A stretch of DNA of 64,000 bases from Macrostomum lignano (taxonomy: Eukaryota). How positions within the stretch are numbered: the stretch's first letter is position 1; every line of letters begins with the position of its first letter. The stretch lies in the NCBI GenBank assembly GCA_002269645.1, contig NIVC01003443.1:1-64000 (forward strand), read 5' to 3'. Below the pieces are notes generated by a model. It did not search any database and was not told the origin of the DNA. It saw only the letters and a list, made by a program, of their open reading frames with translations. Below, piece after piece: positions 1-13,822 of this stretch. The translations under genes were made by a program, and so were the position numbers.

Positions 1-1500
1 CCAATCCATCTACAACAAAGAAGAACTCTTTATTGGATTTGTTGACTATGAAAAAGCCTTCGATAGCCTTAAATAAACCAACCTTTGGCACAAAACGGAT
101 AACCAGGGTATTAAAGGTCAAATGACGGAACTTATCAAGAACATGCATAAAAATGCCTGCTTCATTCTAAAAAATGATGATGATGATGATGAAACCCAGC
201 CAATCCCAATATCTAAATAGTGTCTTCAAGGCAACCCTCTCTCTACCATCCTTTTGAACTATATATTGACGACATTGTTGAATATCTTGAACTCTCTAGC
301 GCTAGGCGCTCTCTTACGAGATCTGCTTTCCCACTCATCCTACTCTTTGCAGACGATCAAGCCATTCTAGCTAAAAACAAAGACGAACTTCAAGACACAT
401 TTACGACTATGGAAAATTACTGCAAACAAAATTACTTGAAAGTAAACGCAAGCAAAACAAAGTTCATGCCAGGGCAATACCAGACAAAAAAACGACACAG
501 AAAGCATTGCTACAAAATATACTACGACAACCAAGAAATAGAGGAAGTAAATGAATTTAATACCTGGAATTATTTTTGAACCAAAAAACAGCTTTAAAAA
601 ATGTATTGAACACCAAACTAAGCAGGGATATACAGCCATGTTTTCCCTACTCCATAGGGTAAAGAATACGTCCCTAGACATCACACTCATTCGCAGACTA
701 TTTGACGCGCTTGTTACCCCGTTATTCACTTACAATTGTGAGCTCTGGGGCCTCTGGCTACCATGTCTGATACAAAAGCTATTGATAATATTCAGCTGAA
801 ATTCTACAAATATCTCCTCAATCTACCAAAATTTGCTAGCAACAGTGTGGTATCATCAGAACTTGAGCTTACTCCAATCTCTCAACGAATCGCTAAAACC
901 TACCTCATCTACTGGCTGAAGATTAGACACAAAAAACTCTGCAAACGACTCTAGAAATTTTCTACTCAAACACAGGCCAAAAAATCCATGGAAAATGAAT
1001 GTACTAAAGAAACTAGAAAGTATAGACCTAAAAGCACTAACTGAAGATAAACTTTCCCAAAGCTTTAATCGAGAAATACCTAGTGAAAAAGCACCTCAAG
1101 ATACACAGAGAAAAGAGAACTTAGCAAAAGCTAGAGAATCAGCAACATATTAAACTCTACAAAAACGCCTATCTCTACAAAAAAATCTGCAGCCCGACCT
1201 TTCAGATTTCTTTCCATGTACATTTAGAAAACAAAAAATTCTTAACAACCCTCCTAAAACTGAAATGCGAGATTACACCCAACTTTTTTCTCAAGAACCA
1301 TGTAAAATGTGTGGAGCGCGAAATGGTTCTGACATTCTACACTACTTGACGAATGTCCACAAACTGAAGAGATCAGGAAAAAATACTTCTGTCAATACCT
1401 CTTAAATAGCAATCAAATACACAAGATAGGATATGCTACAAATGAAAAAAGAGTCAGAAAAGAGCTCACTGGTGTAGCTAAAATATATGAAGTCATGAAT
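1..1500 (+). mobile_element. Degraded non-LTR (LINE) retrotransposon, RT domain and 3' end
   Basis: Frameshifted RT motifs FVDYEKAFDSL (~40-70), QGNPLS..LF.LYIDDI (~225-275) and LLFADD (~340-357), followed by a C-terminal CxxC knuckle (CKMCG, ~1299). Many stops. Confidence 0.8.
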
Positions 1501-3269
1501 AGCTAAAACAGTTAAACAAACTGAATCAGATACATCAGCAGTGTAACAAATCCGCTTTTCAGTTGTTTATTCATTTACTGTCTTTTTTAATTTCCTATAT
1601 TTAAATCGTCGTTATTCGTTAAAAGTAAAATTCTTTCGAAGTATTGTTTATGTTCGTTTTTCACGCTTTGAAATATCACGCGCTTTCAAAAATACTACAT
1701 CTTTTTTTTTTACAAACTCGCTTACCAAAGTAATCTCGCAATTAAAGCTATACCTCGTAATTTGTACTCATTTTTGTATTAATATTTATACTCGTTAGTT
1801 GTTAGTCGTCACTTTTCGTCTAAAAATACCGTAAAAATTCTGGCGCGCTTTCAAATACTTTATCTTTTACAATAACTCAGCAAATCGTCGTCAAATCGTC
1901 TTTATAAACTTCTATATTCGAAAATTCCAAATACATAGCTCTATAATATATTGGCCAAACAGGCTAATTGCCTGAGCCAAATTCTCTTACTACTACTACT
2001 ACTACTTTCAGATCTTTGCACTACCACTTTCACTGCACCCAGCCAAAGCAATGTTCGCAACTTTAAAGCATTTCGCTCCTCAAAACCAATTACTGTACAA
2101 GGCTAGATTACTAATTCTATTGTATTAAGGAAGTAACAGCACTTGATTTTGGTAAGCAAATTCATTTAGATAAAGTTATAGAATTCAACCAACTTCTGAC
2201 ATAATTATGTTGACTCTTTGGTGGATTCTCTCTTTTCTCGTGTCGTGGAGTTACAACCCCTCCCCCCTATTAGAATTGGAATTTGTCTGCACAATCTTGA
2301 ATAGGTCTCCATGCCTCTATTCAAGTTTATGTTGATAAAACCAATCCTCATGAAGAATCTCCCCACCCTAAAACCCCGCATTCCCCATGCCCCGGTAGTT
2401 GGCTTTAAGCTACATATAATTGGGTTAAAGCTACCTAAAAATGGAGCTCAAATTTGAAATCAGCACCATCAAAAACCACTATAGAGACAAAATTATGATC
2501 CTATCAAAATTGAAACTATTTTATCAACATAAACTTGAAGAAGTCCCTTTTCTCTCCTCTCCTTTATCTCCTCTCTGCTCTCTCATCTCTCTACTTTCTC
2601 CATTATCCTCTCACTTCTCTCTTCCCTTATCTTGACATTATCTTGACTTGACATTTTAAATTTGCATTTGTTTAGCAAAATTAAATTTATTAATTAGTCA
2701 AGTTTTCTTATGGGGTTATGGCCATGGGCTGCCTGTTATAAGGGCACTAAGGATAAGGAAGTATACATTCAAAGAGAAAAAAATTGGAACATATAATTGG
2801 CTTCTTCTCATTTTATTCATTTGATATTTACAAGTCAACAATAGCCATAGGCCTAGTTAGTAAGACTTAGGTAGGACTAGGACTAGGAGTAGAATACAAA
2901 GCAGCAGAGGCTATATCGAAATATTCAACAAGCTAGGCCTATCTAGCAATAATTTTTTGATGAATCATGACTGCAGTTAAAAAAATTCTAATCTTCTAGC
3001 TTAAAGCCTCAGTATTACTGTATATATACTGTATTATCTTAAATATACTAAATATTATTCTAATATTCTTAAAATTATGTGATAAAGTACAAGTTTAAAT
3101 CTTCTTCGCTTTCTACAGAAAGTTAGGTAATAATAATTTCGAATTTACATGCCTTACCAAAATAATTTAAAAATAATTTTAGCAAATATACGCTATTCAC
3201 TGCATAATGTAATTATGAAAGACAGTTTACTTTTTATTTTGTTGTAATGCAAAATTTTGGTAATGCTTT

Positions 3270-3887
3270 TCATTTTGATAGTTTGTTGATCTGACCGCCT
3301 TGCCTGCCATCGCGTTTATCTGTATGAAATAGGCTTCAACATACTGGACTTGTGGGTCCATAAGGCCGCAGCAGACGAAGAAAATGGGTTGGTAGACTTG
3401 TAACAAGTACATACTGGTATACTTGCATTATCGAGTGTTCAATTTTACCTCGACTATATTCAAGCCATCTCGCCGAATCCGGGACTCGTATGTCAGGAGA
3501 TTATCAACGAGGCAATAACAAGGACCATTGTATATAGCTGTATAGGGTGCATTGAGCAACTAGTGCACGAATCGTTCAGCTGAGCTTGAGAGATCCTCGC
3601 TATCAATTGCATTGGAAAATGGAGCAATCAAGCTTAATTCATAAGTGCGCAACTGCATGGCTAATGAAGGTGCTGCCACCGTACTCTTAAACCCCGTTGA
3701 GAAAGCCCACTTAAGTCTCAAGGCTGCATTTAAGAGACAGCTGGCCACACCGGAGATTCAGCAAGATATTTATGGTCCTTGAGATTTGCACTTTAATAAG
3801 TGACGTGACGACCCGTCGTTAATGGATGCTATGTGGCCATCATGTATTCCATTTCCAGTGTGCATTGCAGGCGAATCAATTCTGTAA
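3270..3887 (+). mobile_element. Tc1/IS630-like transposase remnant
   Basis: Broken frames give YL.EIGFNI.W (~3320), LPPYS..LNPVEKAHLSLKAAFKRQL (~3670-3745) and a terminal FPVCIAGESIL*. No TIRs identified. Confidence 0.55.
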
Positions 3888-4721
3888 TTTTTTGGATTCC
3901 GAGAGATAATTATTTTCTGCAACTTTGCTGTGGTGGCAGCAACCTACTACTAGAAGTAACTTACTTATGCAAATACAAAAAATCTAGAAAACAGTAATTG
4001 TTCTAATCGGATTCTGAGGACTCAGCGCTGAGCAGATTTTTAGTTCTTGTTCCTGTTTCCTATACATGTATACTCGTGGTTATATGTTGCTCGCTGAAAA
4101 ATAAGACCTAATGTTGTAATAGCTCCCTTAAGTGATAAAATTCGTGCTCTCCGATGATCAATTGTATCCTGACCTTTTTGCCCGGCGGGCACTTGATCTA
4201 ACCCGCGTTAATACCATATAGACTACATGTACAGTACATTTAAGCCTGCATGAATGAAAGGAAAGTCAAAACTTGCATTTAATGCCCGCAAAATATAGCT
4301 GATTCAATCTCTTATACTGCGCTGCAACTTGTTTCTAGACTGCAGCGCACGCTGCATGACAATTAGCTTCGATCGTTTTCATCAAAAGTGTATATGCTTA
4401 AAATGTGGGGGCTTCGTGGCCATTCTTTCTCTTGCAGCCTTGCTGAGACAAAAATATTTATGGCACAAAGAAAATAATTACCTATTTGCGGGCGTAAAAT
4501 AAAAGTTATTTCCGTTTATTTATTTCTTTTGGTCTGAAGCAAATTATGCTTCGCCTCGGCTAAGAAACGAGTCTAATACATTTGCTTTAGACCATAGACT
4601 AAAATGAACGGAAATAATATATTTATCCCCCATTTGGCCAAACTAACACTGTACATTTATAACCATAGACAAATGTTGATTTGATGCAGTTCCCGAAAAC
4701 GATTGTGTTTGGTATTTCAAA

Positions 4722-7050
4722 TTGAGTGGTTGTCTACTTAATCTCTTTAATTTTAATCCGCGACACTTTCGCGTTAGTTTCAACATGAGTGATATTGATA
4801 GCGTCGGTTTTGAATCACTTAGTCTTGCTGAAGTCGAAGCAGTCTTGAGTGACTTGCCACTGGCTCCCACAACCGATTGCAACGAAGATAAGCAGAGACT
4901 CAACGAAATGATTGCGTCTGTAGTGCCAGAAGCTACAACGAAGTGTAAGTGGGTGGTAGTGTAGAGATCTCCAAGCCTAATAGCCTACTAGAAGTAGTGA
5001 GATAAAAACATGAATACTATTTAAAAACTACTCTATTTTCAGTAATACATGCAATATCACGTAAACAGCGAGTGATCATTCCATAGTCCAAAAAACGGTT
5101 TTCAAATGTCAATTTAAATGCGACCCAGGCTTCACCCCTTTTCTATGTAAAACCCCACCGGTCAAGAGACAAAGTCCATCCTTTGATTCTTATCAATAAA
5201 ACCGGTTTGAAGCTCAAGGTCGAATGAAATCGTGTATAAATACGAGCGTACAAGCGAAAAGTCCGAGCTGAAACCTCAGACTCGGAGCAGCCTTAATAAA
5301 TCTTGGGCTTAGCCAAAGCTACCAAGCAAGGCTATATCTCTGAGAGGGACAAACACCAATTGGTAAGCCTTGTTAGAGTCTTTGTTATTTGAGTCTTTGT
5401 TATTCGATTATTGAGAGCTGTCATTGCCGGCCGTTACTGATCAGTCGATTTATAGAGTTATTGAATTTGAGGCCTCCCTATTCCTAAGGGATTAGATAGG
5501 ATCTGCGGACCGATTCCGATACTCTTAGTCGATTACTGATTGATTGATTTTGGTACCCTAGAGTAACCGATAGGAGCACACGACTCAGATTCCTTCTTTA
5601 TTTCTAGAAGAAGACGCCCTTTCGGAGGACCTCGTTATTGTTATAGAGTTGACATTGTTATTAGGGCGCATCTCTGCACTCGAGGAATATATCGATTTCT
5701 GCACTCGAGGAATATATTGGTTTCTGCACTCGAGGAATATATTAACGTCGACGGACTAAGTTATTGAGCTCTCATGTTCGGCCGATTCTAGAATTCAAGA
5801 AGACTACTCCGGAGGAGGAAGATTTGAAGAGTCGAGCTCGGAAAACCTGCCCGACAAAGAAGAGGAGCCCGCACCAGTAAGTGAACACTGAACTTGTTCC
5901 CAGGCTTGAGGTCTGGAAGTGGGAGTTCGTGCGTTTAGACACTAGATTAAATTCTCTCTCTCTTCTCTTTCTCTCTCTCTCCCTTTCCCTCTCTCTAGTG
6001 TGATAAAGCGAACTCTTCAGTAGAAATCTTTCGATCGTGGCACGAAAGGAAGAAGAATCAATAAGGTAAGGCAGAACATGGACCGAGTTTGATGGTGTTG
6101 GCCGATCTATCCGTGATGAGCAAGCACGATCGCAACTACGTTCTTAAGTGATTTATCTTAGAGGTACGAAATAAGCATGGTGATCGCTATGGCGCTTCTA
6201 CATTGAATGATTTTTTCAGCATGCTGCAATACTATACTTAGTCAACGAATGCGGAAAGCTATGGAGCCTCTGGAAGGACGTCGAATTCAATGAGAGCCGA
6301 CGTGTGCTGGATGCTTCGATGAAGATGAGTACCCGTGACGGAAAGGGTAGTGGATTGCGTCATGCAGGACCTGTACCATCTAGTATCGAAGAGAAGCTCT
6401 GGTCTGAAGGTGTGCTTGGTAGTGATAGTCCACGACAGCTGGTGAGTTCCGCGGTTTGGGGTGTGGGAAAACATTTCGCACTACGCGGTGGTTCGGAGTT
6501 GCGAGACCTGGAGTACAATCGACAGATCCAGCTAGAAGCGATTGATGATGAGGTCTGTTTAGTCTATAGGGACAACAGCGGATAGAAGACCAACCAGGGT
6601 GGTTTAGACCGCCTTCGACGGGAACAGAAGATCGTCAGAGCCTTCCACATTGAAGATGATTCTAAGTGCATTGTCGGTCTCTACACCGACTACGTTTCGC
6701 ACCGGCCGAGCGGGTGTTGCGAGGCTCTTTTCTTGTCATGCAACAGGCGGTGGAAGCCTGATGGTCGCTCGGAATGGTCTACAAGGATTCCGATTCGACG
6801 GCACACGTTGGCCTCAACTGTAAAGTCGCTTGTGACGAAGGTGGCTCCAAACGACAGCACACGCTACACTAACTAGTCGTTGCACAAAACCTGTGCAACC
6901 GTTTTACGCGATGCTGGTGTACCGCGCGAGGATATTGGACGTATCACGGGCGCAGTTGCTCCGCTCTAGAGCGATACATTGACGCTTCAATGATGCAGCA
7001 GAAGCGCTTCAGCACCATTCTATCCGGTTCTGTCCAGGCGAAGGAAAGCA
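4722..7050 (+). mobile_element. Crypton/DUF3504-like tyrosine recombinase pseudogene (copy A), split by a solo LTR
   Basis: Removing 4960-6019 plus one TSD restores ...PEATTKCKWVVEIFRSW..., then FILEVRNKHGDRY, HFALRGGSELRDL (catalytic Arg), RYTN*SLHKTC, RITG and LERY. In-frame stops. CCATAGAC at 4592 and 4663 just upstream. Confidence 0.85.
4960..6019. mobile_element. Solo LTR (1060 bp), Gypsy-like
   Basis: Starts TGTAGAG, ends CTCTTCA; 4-bp TSD GTAG at 4956-4959 and 6020-6023. Contains 3 copies of CTGCACTCGAGGAATATAT (~5675-5745). Confidence 0.8.
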
Positions 7051-7232
7051 AATCAACTGATTACTGATCAGAGTCACTACGCGTGGCAACTGCTAGAACC
7101 TCTGCAGTGGTGATATCTGGAGACGTTCAGTTGCCTGGAGAGGTGCTAAGTACCTGCTAAGAAAACCTGCTAAGTTTTTCTGCTAAGTTTTTCTAAGTTT
7201 TTCTGCTTTTTCTGCTAGAAAACCTGCTAAGT

Positions 7233-7334
7233 ACAACAACACGACGGTGCTATGTCTGTGACGAAGGTCTTTGCAGATCGCACACGGCACGCGAAGTGCA
7301 TGACACCCGTTATTTTTGCTCCGACTGCTCGTAA
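7233..7334 (+). pseudogene. Possible piggyBac-like C-terminal cysteine-rich fragment
   Basis: Reads TTTRRCYVCDEGLCRSHTAREVHDTRYFCSDCS*. Short, so only suggestive. Confidence 0.3.
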
Positions 7335-9189
7335 GTGTACCGTTATAATCTGTAAACTTTTAGTGTCACTTTCTCTTACTCACTCAGACTTTTACACCAA
7401 AAGATGTACCCAGTTTTGTCCAAATTAACATTCCCAAGAAAAAAATCGGTTTAGCTGAATCGAAATGCAGAATCGATATGGAAATTAAAAGAGGATCATA
7501 ACAGTGGAAATTATGCTGAGAAAGTAGCGGATAAAAAGCAGAAATAATAGTAATCATGTTTTACTGGAAAGCTTTATGCTTAAAACTGCCGACATAAATT
7601 TGCAGTAGAAATTCGAAATGCTCTTATAACGGTTATGGTCTAATTTCGGACTGAAATTTTGATTGTTGTCACAGTGGAACAATTCTTTTACTGTGAAACT
7701 TGCACATTTAATGACAGGCACAAAGGCAGGTTTATGAGTTTCGGTGGGACAAGACATGGCAGTGAATGAAAAAAGTGGAGGCCTTGCTGTGTACACTTTT
7801 GGTTCATGCGTCGATTGCATGCTGTTTATTGTAGATCATTGCAGACTGTTTATAGTGAGTGAGTATAGTGAGTGCGACAGGGAGTCTCACGTTGCTCATT
7901 GGTGAGGCTTGATCAAGAATTTCTAGCCAAAGTATATGCTAGACTGCCAGAAGTCCGATGGACACATCCGTTGAAGGTCCCGACGTTCGTCCAGACGGTC
8001 GGGATGGTGCAGGAAGTAGGTTGAATGCAAGAAGGAGTCGTAGGTTGCTCATTGACAAGATTTCATAATAAATATTTGACCGAAATTTGTTTCGGATCTC
8101 GAATTCCAATGATGTCAGAATGTGCTCGTTGAATGTCCTGACGATGGTCGACGGTGGCCACGGGGCATTGTTGTAGCGCACTACAAGTGTTCTGGGTTAC
8201 CTCACCAATGGCTGAAATGAGGTTTGGGATCATTTTGGGCACCTTTCTGCCTGGTGTCAAGACCTAGCCACTGAATTCGACGGTTTGCCTTCAAAAACAG
8301 GGGGACCTCCTTGAGAATCGCTGAATATCTCGACGATCTCGACGTCGGAGAGAGTCGGCGATGGCTTCATCAGATTCCTCGATAAATTTTTGCCCATACT
8401 GTGAATTTTCAGACGAATCCATCGTCGGGTTCAAGAGTTATGGCGTGGATAACTTTTGGGTATTTGAAATACCCCCCCCATCGGCATCCACCTGTTAAAG
8501 GCTTTCTGGTTCATGCTCCCTAATCACTGCCGAGTTTCTAAATGGTCTTCCTGTCTGGTACAAGTATATCACGTTCCCATTTGGCCATTTTATAGTTTGA
8601 AATTTTACATTTTACACCATTTGATATAGGTGCAAACCATCGAAAATAAACATGCAAGAGTGCGTTCATTTTGTGTCGCTTGAGTTCAATATAGTGAGTT
8701 AGTTTTGTCTTTCTTAGCATACTTGATATGAGCCGGTTCTTTCCAGGTTTCCATAACTATTGATGGTTAGACGTCAAATAAACACAATGCTTCATCAGTT
8801 TCCTCTGCACTACTTCAGCGCATTCACCGAAAAAGTAGTGTGCACGCGCATGCATTTCGGAGTCATAGACAGACTTATTGAGCATTCTGTGTAATTTCTG
8901 TGGTTACAATCGTATCGCTATGATCCATAAGCCAAACAATTCGAAAGTTTAATTAGTAATCATATCTTATTTGAAACAAAGTTAAATGTCTAAGGCAAGT
9001 TACATGCTGTGTACACGAGTTGAGAACGGGCAGTCAATGAAGGGCAGCCTTCTCGGCGCGTTCGTCAACTTTACCGCTTTGTTTTATCAACTTAGCGCGA
9101 TCGCAATTTCGTTCGTATCTTTAGTTGTAGCAACCGCTACACTCTACCTATACTGCACATCCCATGTCTGGACCTATCAGTAGACACTA

Positions 9190-10430
9190 CTAATGACTTC
9201 AATTCCTGGAGAGCAACCCTGGAAGCATATATTTCGGCGCTGTCAACATCCACTGCGAAGCGTCAAATGTTTTTAAATGCATTCACATCTGCAACATTCT
9301 CCGAATATCTCAAGGTACGAGTATAAGAACCTGCCACTGACTGAAATTAGAATTCAAGGACCCACAGCATGTCATAGAAGCTATTAGAGAGTACATGCCA
9401 GGACAGACTGACATCATTTTGGAAAGGAACAGATTCTGGAGAAGCAGCTAAGCGACGGATAAAGTTTGAATGAATACGTTATGCAGCGGAGAGACTTGAT
9501 GCGGTCGTGTAAATTTTGCGAATCGTTCTAATCGTCGCAGTGGCTATAGCTTTAAAAAACAGCCGAGACTCTCTACCTTGGTTATTACGTTGGAATTGTA
9601 GCATATGTTGTATTTGTGCTTGTGTTTTATGGCTTTTTTTCTACGAGCGTACTGTATTGATTTGGCAGCGGCTAAAGACAGGTGCGGCAAAGAGGAAAAA
9701 ATAAAGCATATCGTAAATATCGGCAAGCAAGAGAGCCGAGACTTTCAGATCTATTTTCTCTGGAACCTACAACCCCAAATATAACAGTTTTAGGAAACAA
9801 TGAGCAGCTGAAAATGATGCCCGATACGGGTTATTCCGAATATCGACACAATCCGAGAGTACAGTTGCAGGAGCTGCACGTCACTGTTTCACAATTGAGG
9901 CATGACACAACTGTGCCGCAATCAGCCTATGGACGGTTCATCAGAACAAACAGTAACTTCCCCGCTACAATAGCCCTAAACGGGAAGCGCGCAACAACAA
10001 GGATTCACGTACTAAAGAACTTGATTGCACCTGACAGATATGGAAAAATTGGGTATTGTTCCCTATGACTTTTTATTTCAGCTTTCGACGAATGGTGCCG
10101 AAGAAAAGTCACGGAACTGGATTTAATCCAAGAGTTCCCAATGGTCTTCGACGAAGAAATCCGACCCATAAATATTGAGAGATTTCAGATTGCGATAAAG
10201 GACGATGGGATCCCATTTTCTGTGAAAGTTTCACGCTGATTATCACTGCCCCTCCAAGAAAAAATCAAGATCGAGCTAGATTCTTTAGAAAGGCAGCAAG
10301 AAATTTGCAGTGACGGAGCCCCGACTACTCCCAGGTGCGCCTCGATCGTTGTAGCTCCAAAGAAAGGAGATGAAAAGAAGTTTTCCAAATTTTCTGGATT
10401 CCTGGGTGGATTTCAAGAAGCCACTTGTCA
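9190..10430 (+). mobile_element. Gypsy/Ty3 gag-pol remnant
   Basis: Gag-like TDIILERNRFW (~9410) and RT N-terminus LSLPLQEKIKIELDSLERQ...CASIVVAPKKG (~10240-10370). Truncated. Confidence 0.7.
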
Positions 10431-10759
10431 GACAAATTAAAAGTTACAAGTGATAAGTGACAGCGATCTCAGTTTCATGAGAATTTAGCAACCACTTGTC
10501 AAGTTTAAAAATAGGACCCTATAGTTGCGCAGTCCAAGGGTCAACCTAGGTCTTACAATCATTCTTCCAAGGCCATAAACTTTGGCTTTGAACCATAGAA
10601 TTTTTAACTGTGAGCTTTTGCTTATAAATAATTTGTGTCTAAATGATACGAGCTAAGTGGTATTTTATTTGGTTTCTTTCATTCTGTATCTCTTTAAGCC
10701 TAAAATGAAATATACTTGTGAGGACAAACTATTTCTTCTAGAAAAAAATAAAGAAAACA

Positions 10760-10915
10760 GGAATATCCTTTTTGGAAAATTTAGTCCTTCACTGAGTGAC
10801 AAAATGAAACAGGATTAATGGAATGAGATTCTGAGCGCTTGCCTGTCAATGGGCTACCGGTTGGTACCCGAAGGCTTGTCTGGGCTGCCAACTTAAAGAG
10901 AAGAACACTGGTAAG
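10760..10915 (+). pseudogene. Myb/SANT-like (Harbinger-type) DNA-binding fragment
   Basis: NFSPSLSDKMKQD*WNEILSACLSMGYRLVPEG, followed by a GTAAG donor-like site. Confidence 0.4.
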
Positions 10916-11139
10916 TGTGTAGAGAGAGAAGCTGTATATTTCATGTCAAATCAGAATTTAACAAACAAATGAGCAACATATGTGAGTAATTATGTTTACT
11001 TTTGAAATTAAAAAACTTCAACAAAAAAATCCTTTCTAGGTTACAGAGAGATAAGGAAAACTCTCTTATCTCTCTGTTTGTCAATATATTTTGATTCAGC
11101 AAAAGCTTCGGATGCTTCGCGTGCAAGTTACGACGTAGA

Positions 11140-11520
11140 AAGTTTCACAAAGAAGGTGGCGACGTCCAGCAGCAATACGAGCCGAATGAAGAGGGCGACA
11201 TGCTGAAACTGTCTGCCTACTTCCAAGGCGGAACCGCGAACGCTGAACAGGATTGATTTCTGTTCTATCTTCTCTTCAGTCTCGGTGAGCGCGGGCAGGG
11301 ACATTTGAAATATCTGAAGAAACGCGAAATTCTCCAGCTTCACATTGATGCTAATGGTAAAGAACTACTTGTTGCCGAAGCTTTCATCAAAGAACAAACC
11401 GGTTGATCCAGTGATGGCGAAATCACGTGGCGACAACAAGCAGGCCATGAGACCGCCAACGTACGAAGGTATCTGGATCTACTGCCTCAACGAACTAAGG
11501 ACAATCATCTTTTTTTGGCT
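11140..11520 (+). mobile_element. Crypton-like recombinase fragment (copy B)
   Basis: DMLKLSAYF...FLFYLLFSLGERGQGHLKYLKK...DANGK.YLLPKLSSKN; aligns by eye with the ERGQE segments at 34750, 37600 and 39690. Confidence 0.7.
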
Positions 11521-11623
11521 ACTAGCGACGGAAACGTTACGTTCTCCGTGAAACAAAACCACGGTGATAACTACCTAAGTTTAGTAAAAAACTAAGTTTA
11601 GTTTTCACGGGAACGATTTAGTA

Positions 11624-12933
11624 CGAGGGAAAGTAAAAAAGTAATGATAATTTTGTTCTCACGAGTGTCAAACTTAAAATTAGAATCTACTTTTCTACAT
11701 AGTCCCCTTCAAGGGTCAGACACTTCTCCATGCGGTGTCGCCATCTCTCCAGGCCGTTCGCGTAGAACTCAGGAGGCTGTGCAGCAAGCCACTGTACAGT
11801 AGCCTTTTTGGCATGCCTCTTTGTCCTCATGTTGGACTCCTTTGATTGCTTCCTTCAGCTTGGGAACCAAAAAAGTCTTGGGAGACAAATCAGGGCTATA
11901 TGGAGGATGCCGGAGGATTTCCCAGTGGAAATCTCGCAGGGCTTCACGGCAGAGCCGAGAAGTGTGGGCTGGTGCATTGTCGTGGTGAAAGCGAATTCCA
12001 CGGTGCAGCTTTCCGGGTCGCTTTTTGGCCAATTCGGAGTGGAACCTTTGCAGAAGCGACTCATATTAGGTTGCATTGATGGTCTTCTGGCTTTCCAAGA
12101 AGTCCACCATCACCACTCCCTCAACATCCCAGAAGATGGTCGCCAAGACCTTCGCTGCAGACCCTTCCGCACGGAACTTCTTAGGGCCCGCTGAACATCG
12201 TGGCAGCCACTCCTTGGATTGGACCTTGGACACGGGATTGTACTGAAATATTCATGTTTCATCCTCAGTCACTAAGCGCTGGTAAAAGTTTTCTGAATCA
12301 GCGTCCAAGCAGTTCAGCAGGTTGATGGCGCACTCAGTGCGCTGAACCCAGTCTTCAGGCCGCAACAGCCGCGGGACCCAGCGGGCACTCAGCTTGCTCA
12401 GACCAAGACAGTCAATCACAATGGAACGAGCATCGCCATGAGAGATGGCCACTTGGTCAGCAATATTGTCTATGGTCACGCACCGATCCTGCTCAAGTAC
12501 CTGCTGCACAGCTGCCACATTTTCCTCTGTGCGCGATGTTGTGGGCCTTCCCGACCACTGGGCGTCTTCCATGGCCTCTCAGCCTTCCTTAAAAGCCTAA
12601 ATCCAGCAGTAAATGGTTGGATCTGGTGGAGCAGTGTCCATATAGACCTTCTATGCGTCAATGATTTCGGCTGGCTTCCAACCAAGTTTTACAGAAAATT
12701 TCAACTTAGTGCGAGCTTCGATTTTTTAATTTTCCGTTGCTGAAAGGGTATACTGTATTAGAGCGGAAGGGTATTAGAGCGTCACCATGCAGAAATCAAT
12801 CACTCTAGAAGAACCAAAACTCTGTCAAATTAAGAACAAAAGATGCTTTTTTAAACGAAACCAGTTGCATTTCAATACCTCCTATATTTTAGGCGTTACA
12901 ACAAAATTATCATTACTTTTTGACTTCCCCTCG
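11624..12933 (-). mobile_element. Full-length mariner element (1310 bp), transposase inactivated
   Basis: ~34-bp TIRs CGAGGG(A/G)AAGT(A/C)AAAAAGTAATGATAATTTTGTT and TA TSDs (11622-23, 12934-35). Motifs WVPRLL, VTEDET, HHDNAPAH and HPPYSPDLSP in ORFs 12252-12572 and 11769-12032. Confidence 0.95.
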
Positions 12934-13822
12934 TAAATGAGACTCTGAGAGACGCTTTGATTACATTTTTTTGTCAAATATTTTTAAACGTATGTTAAAA
13001 TGTTGTAAAAATACACATAATGACGGGTCATTATCTGAGTGTCATTATCTGGAAGTAATTTACCATAGACGTTTCGGACAATGGTCTTCGGCTCTATGCC
13101 AAATTCCCCATATTGATACTGCGCTATTACTTATCCATAGCGCATATCTTTAGTTGTTGGTGTTTGCTGTTATGTTCTAAAATTCATCCGTTATCCCGAG
13201 TTCAAAACCTCTATCCCGAAGTTTAAGTGAAGAAATAAATTGAATGTGTTTATGGTTTAACCATAGAAAATACGATTACCCGTCCATTATCCCAACGACT
13301 GAAGGGCCACTTCGGGATAATAAAAGGTTGTTCGTAAGTTAGACTTTTTGATAATCGCCCGACTCACAAGTTCTCGCAGAAAATAAAAATTAAAATAAAT
13401 GAATATCCACATTTTCTAATTTCAGTGTATAGCTATGCACATAAAATATAAGAGTACAGCACACAGCCCAGCACAAAATTGAAACAGGCAGGGTGTTGAG
13501 TATGTTAAGAGAAAAGAAGAGAGGAAATATTGACTACATACGAGCGTATGCTATATAGCTTGATATGAAGTACGAGAAATATTTTTCGATCAAGTAGGGC
13601 AAATCTGCCTGTCTCAAAAGCTTAGCCAACGTAACTAGCAGCAAACTCCATCGGATCTCGCGACTCTGTACATCCGAGAAGGGCAAGAATACACCGATCA
13701 CAGCATCTGGTGAGTTTAGTGGGTGGATGAAATTATATTTCACTTTCCCGATGTGTTTTTATGATTGAAAATAATTTGAATTTCCCTGATCTCGTTTCCA
13801 GTTCCGTTCTAGAGTTAGCAGA

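Noticed and set aside
7554-8260. Three short minus-strand ORFs as a gene
   Set aside because: No motif and no consistent splice model found.
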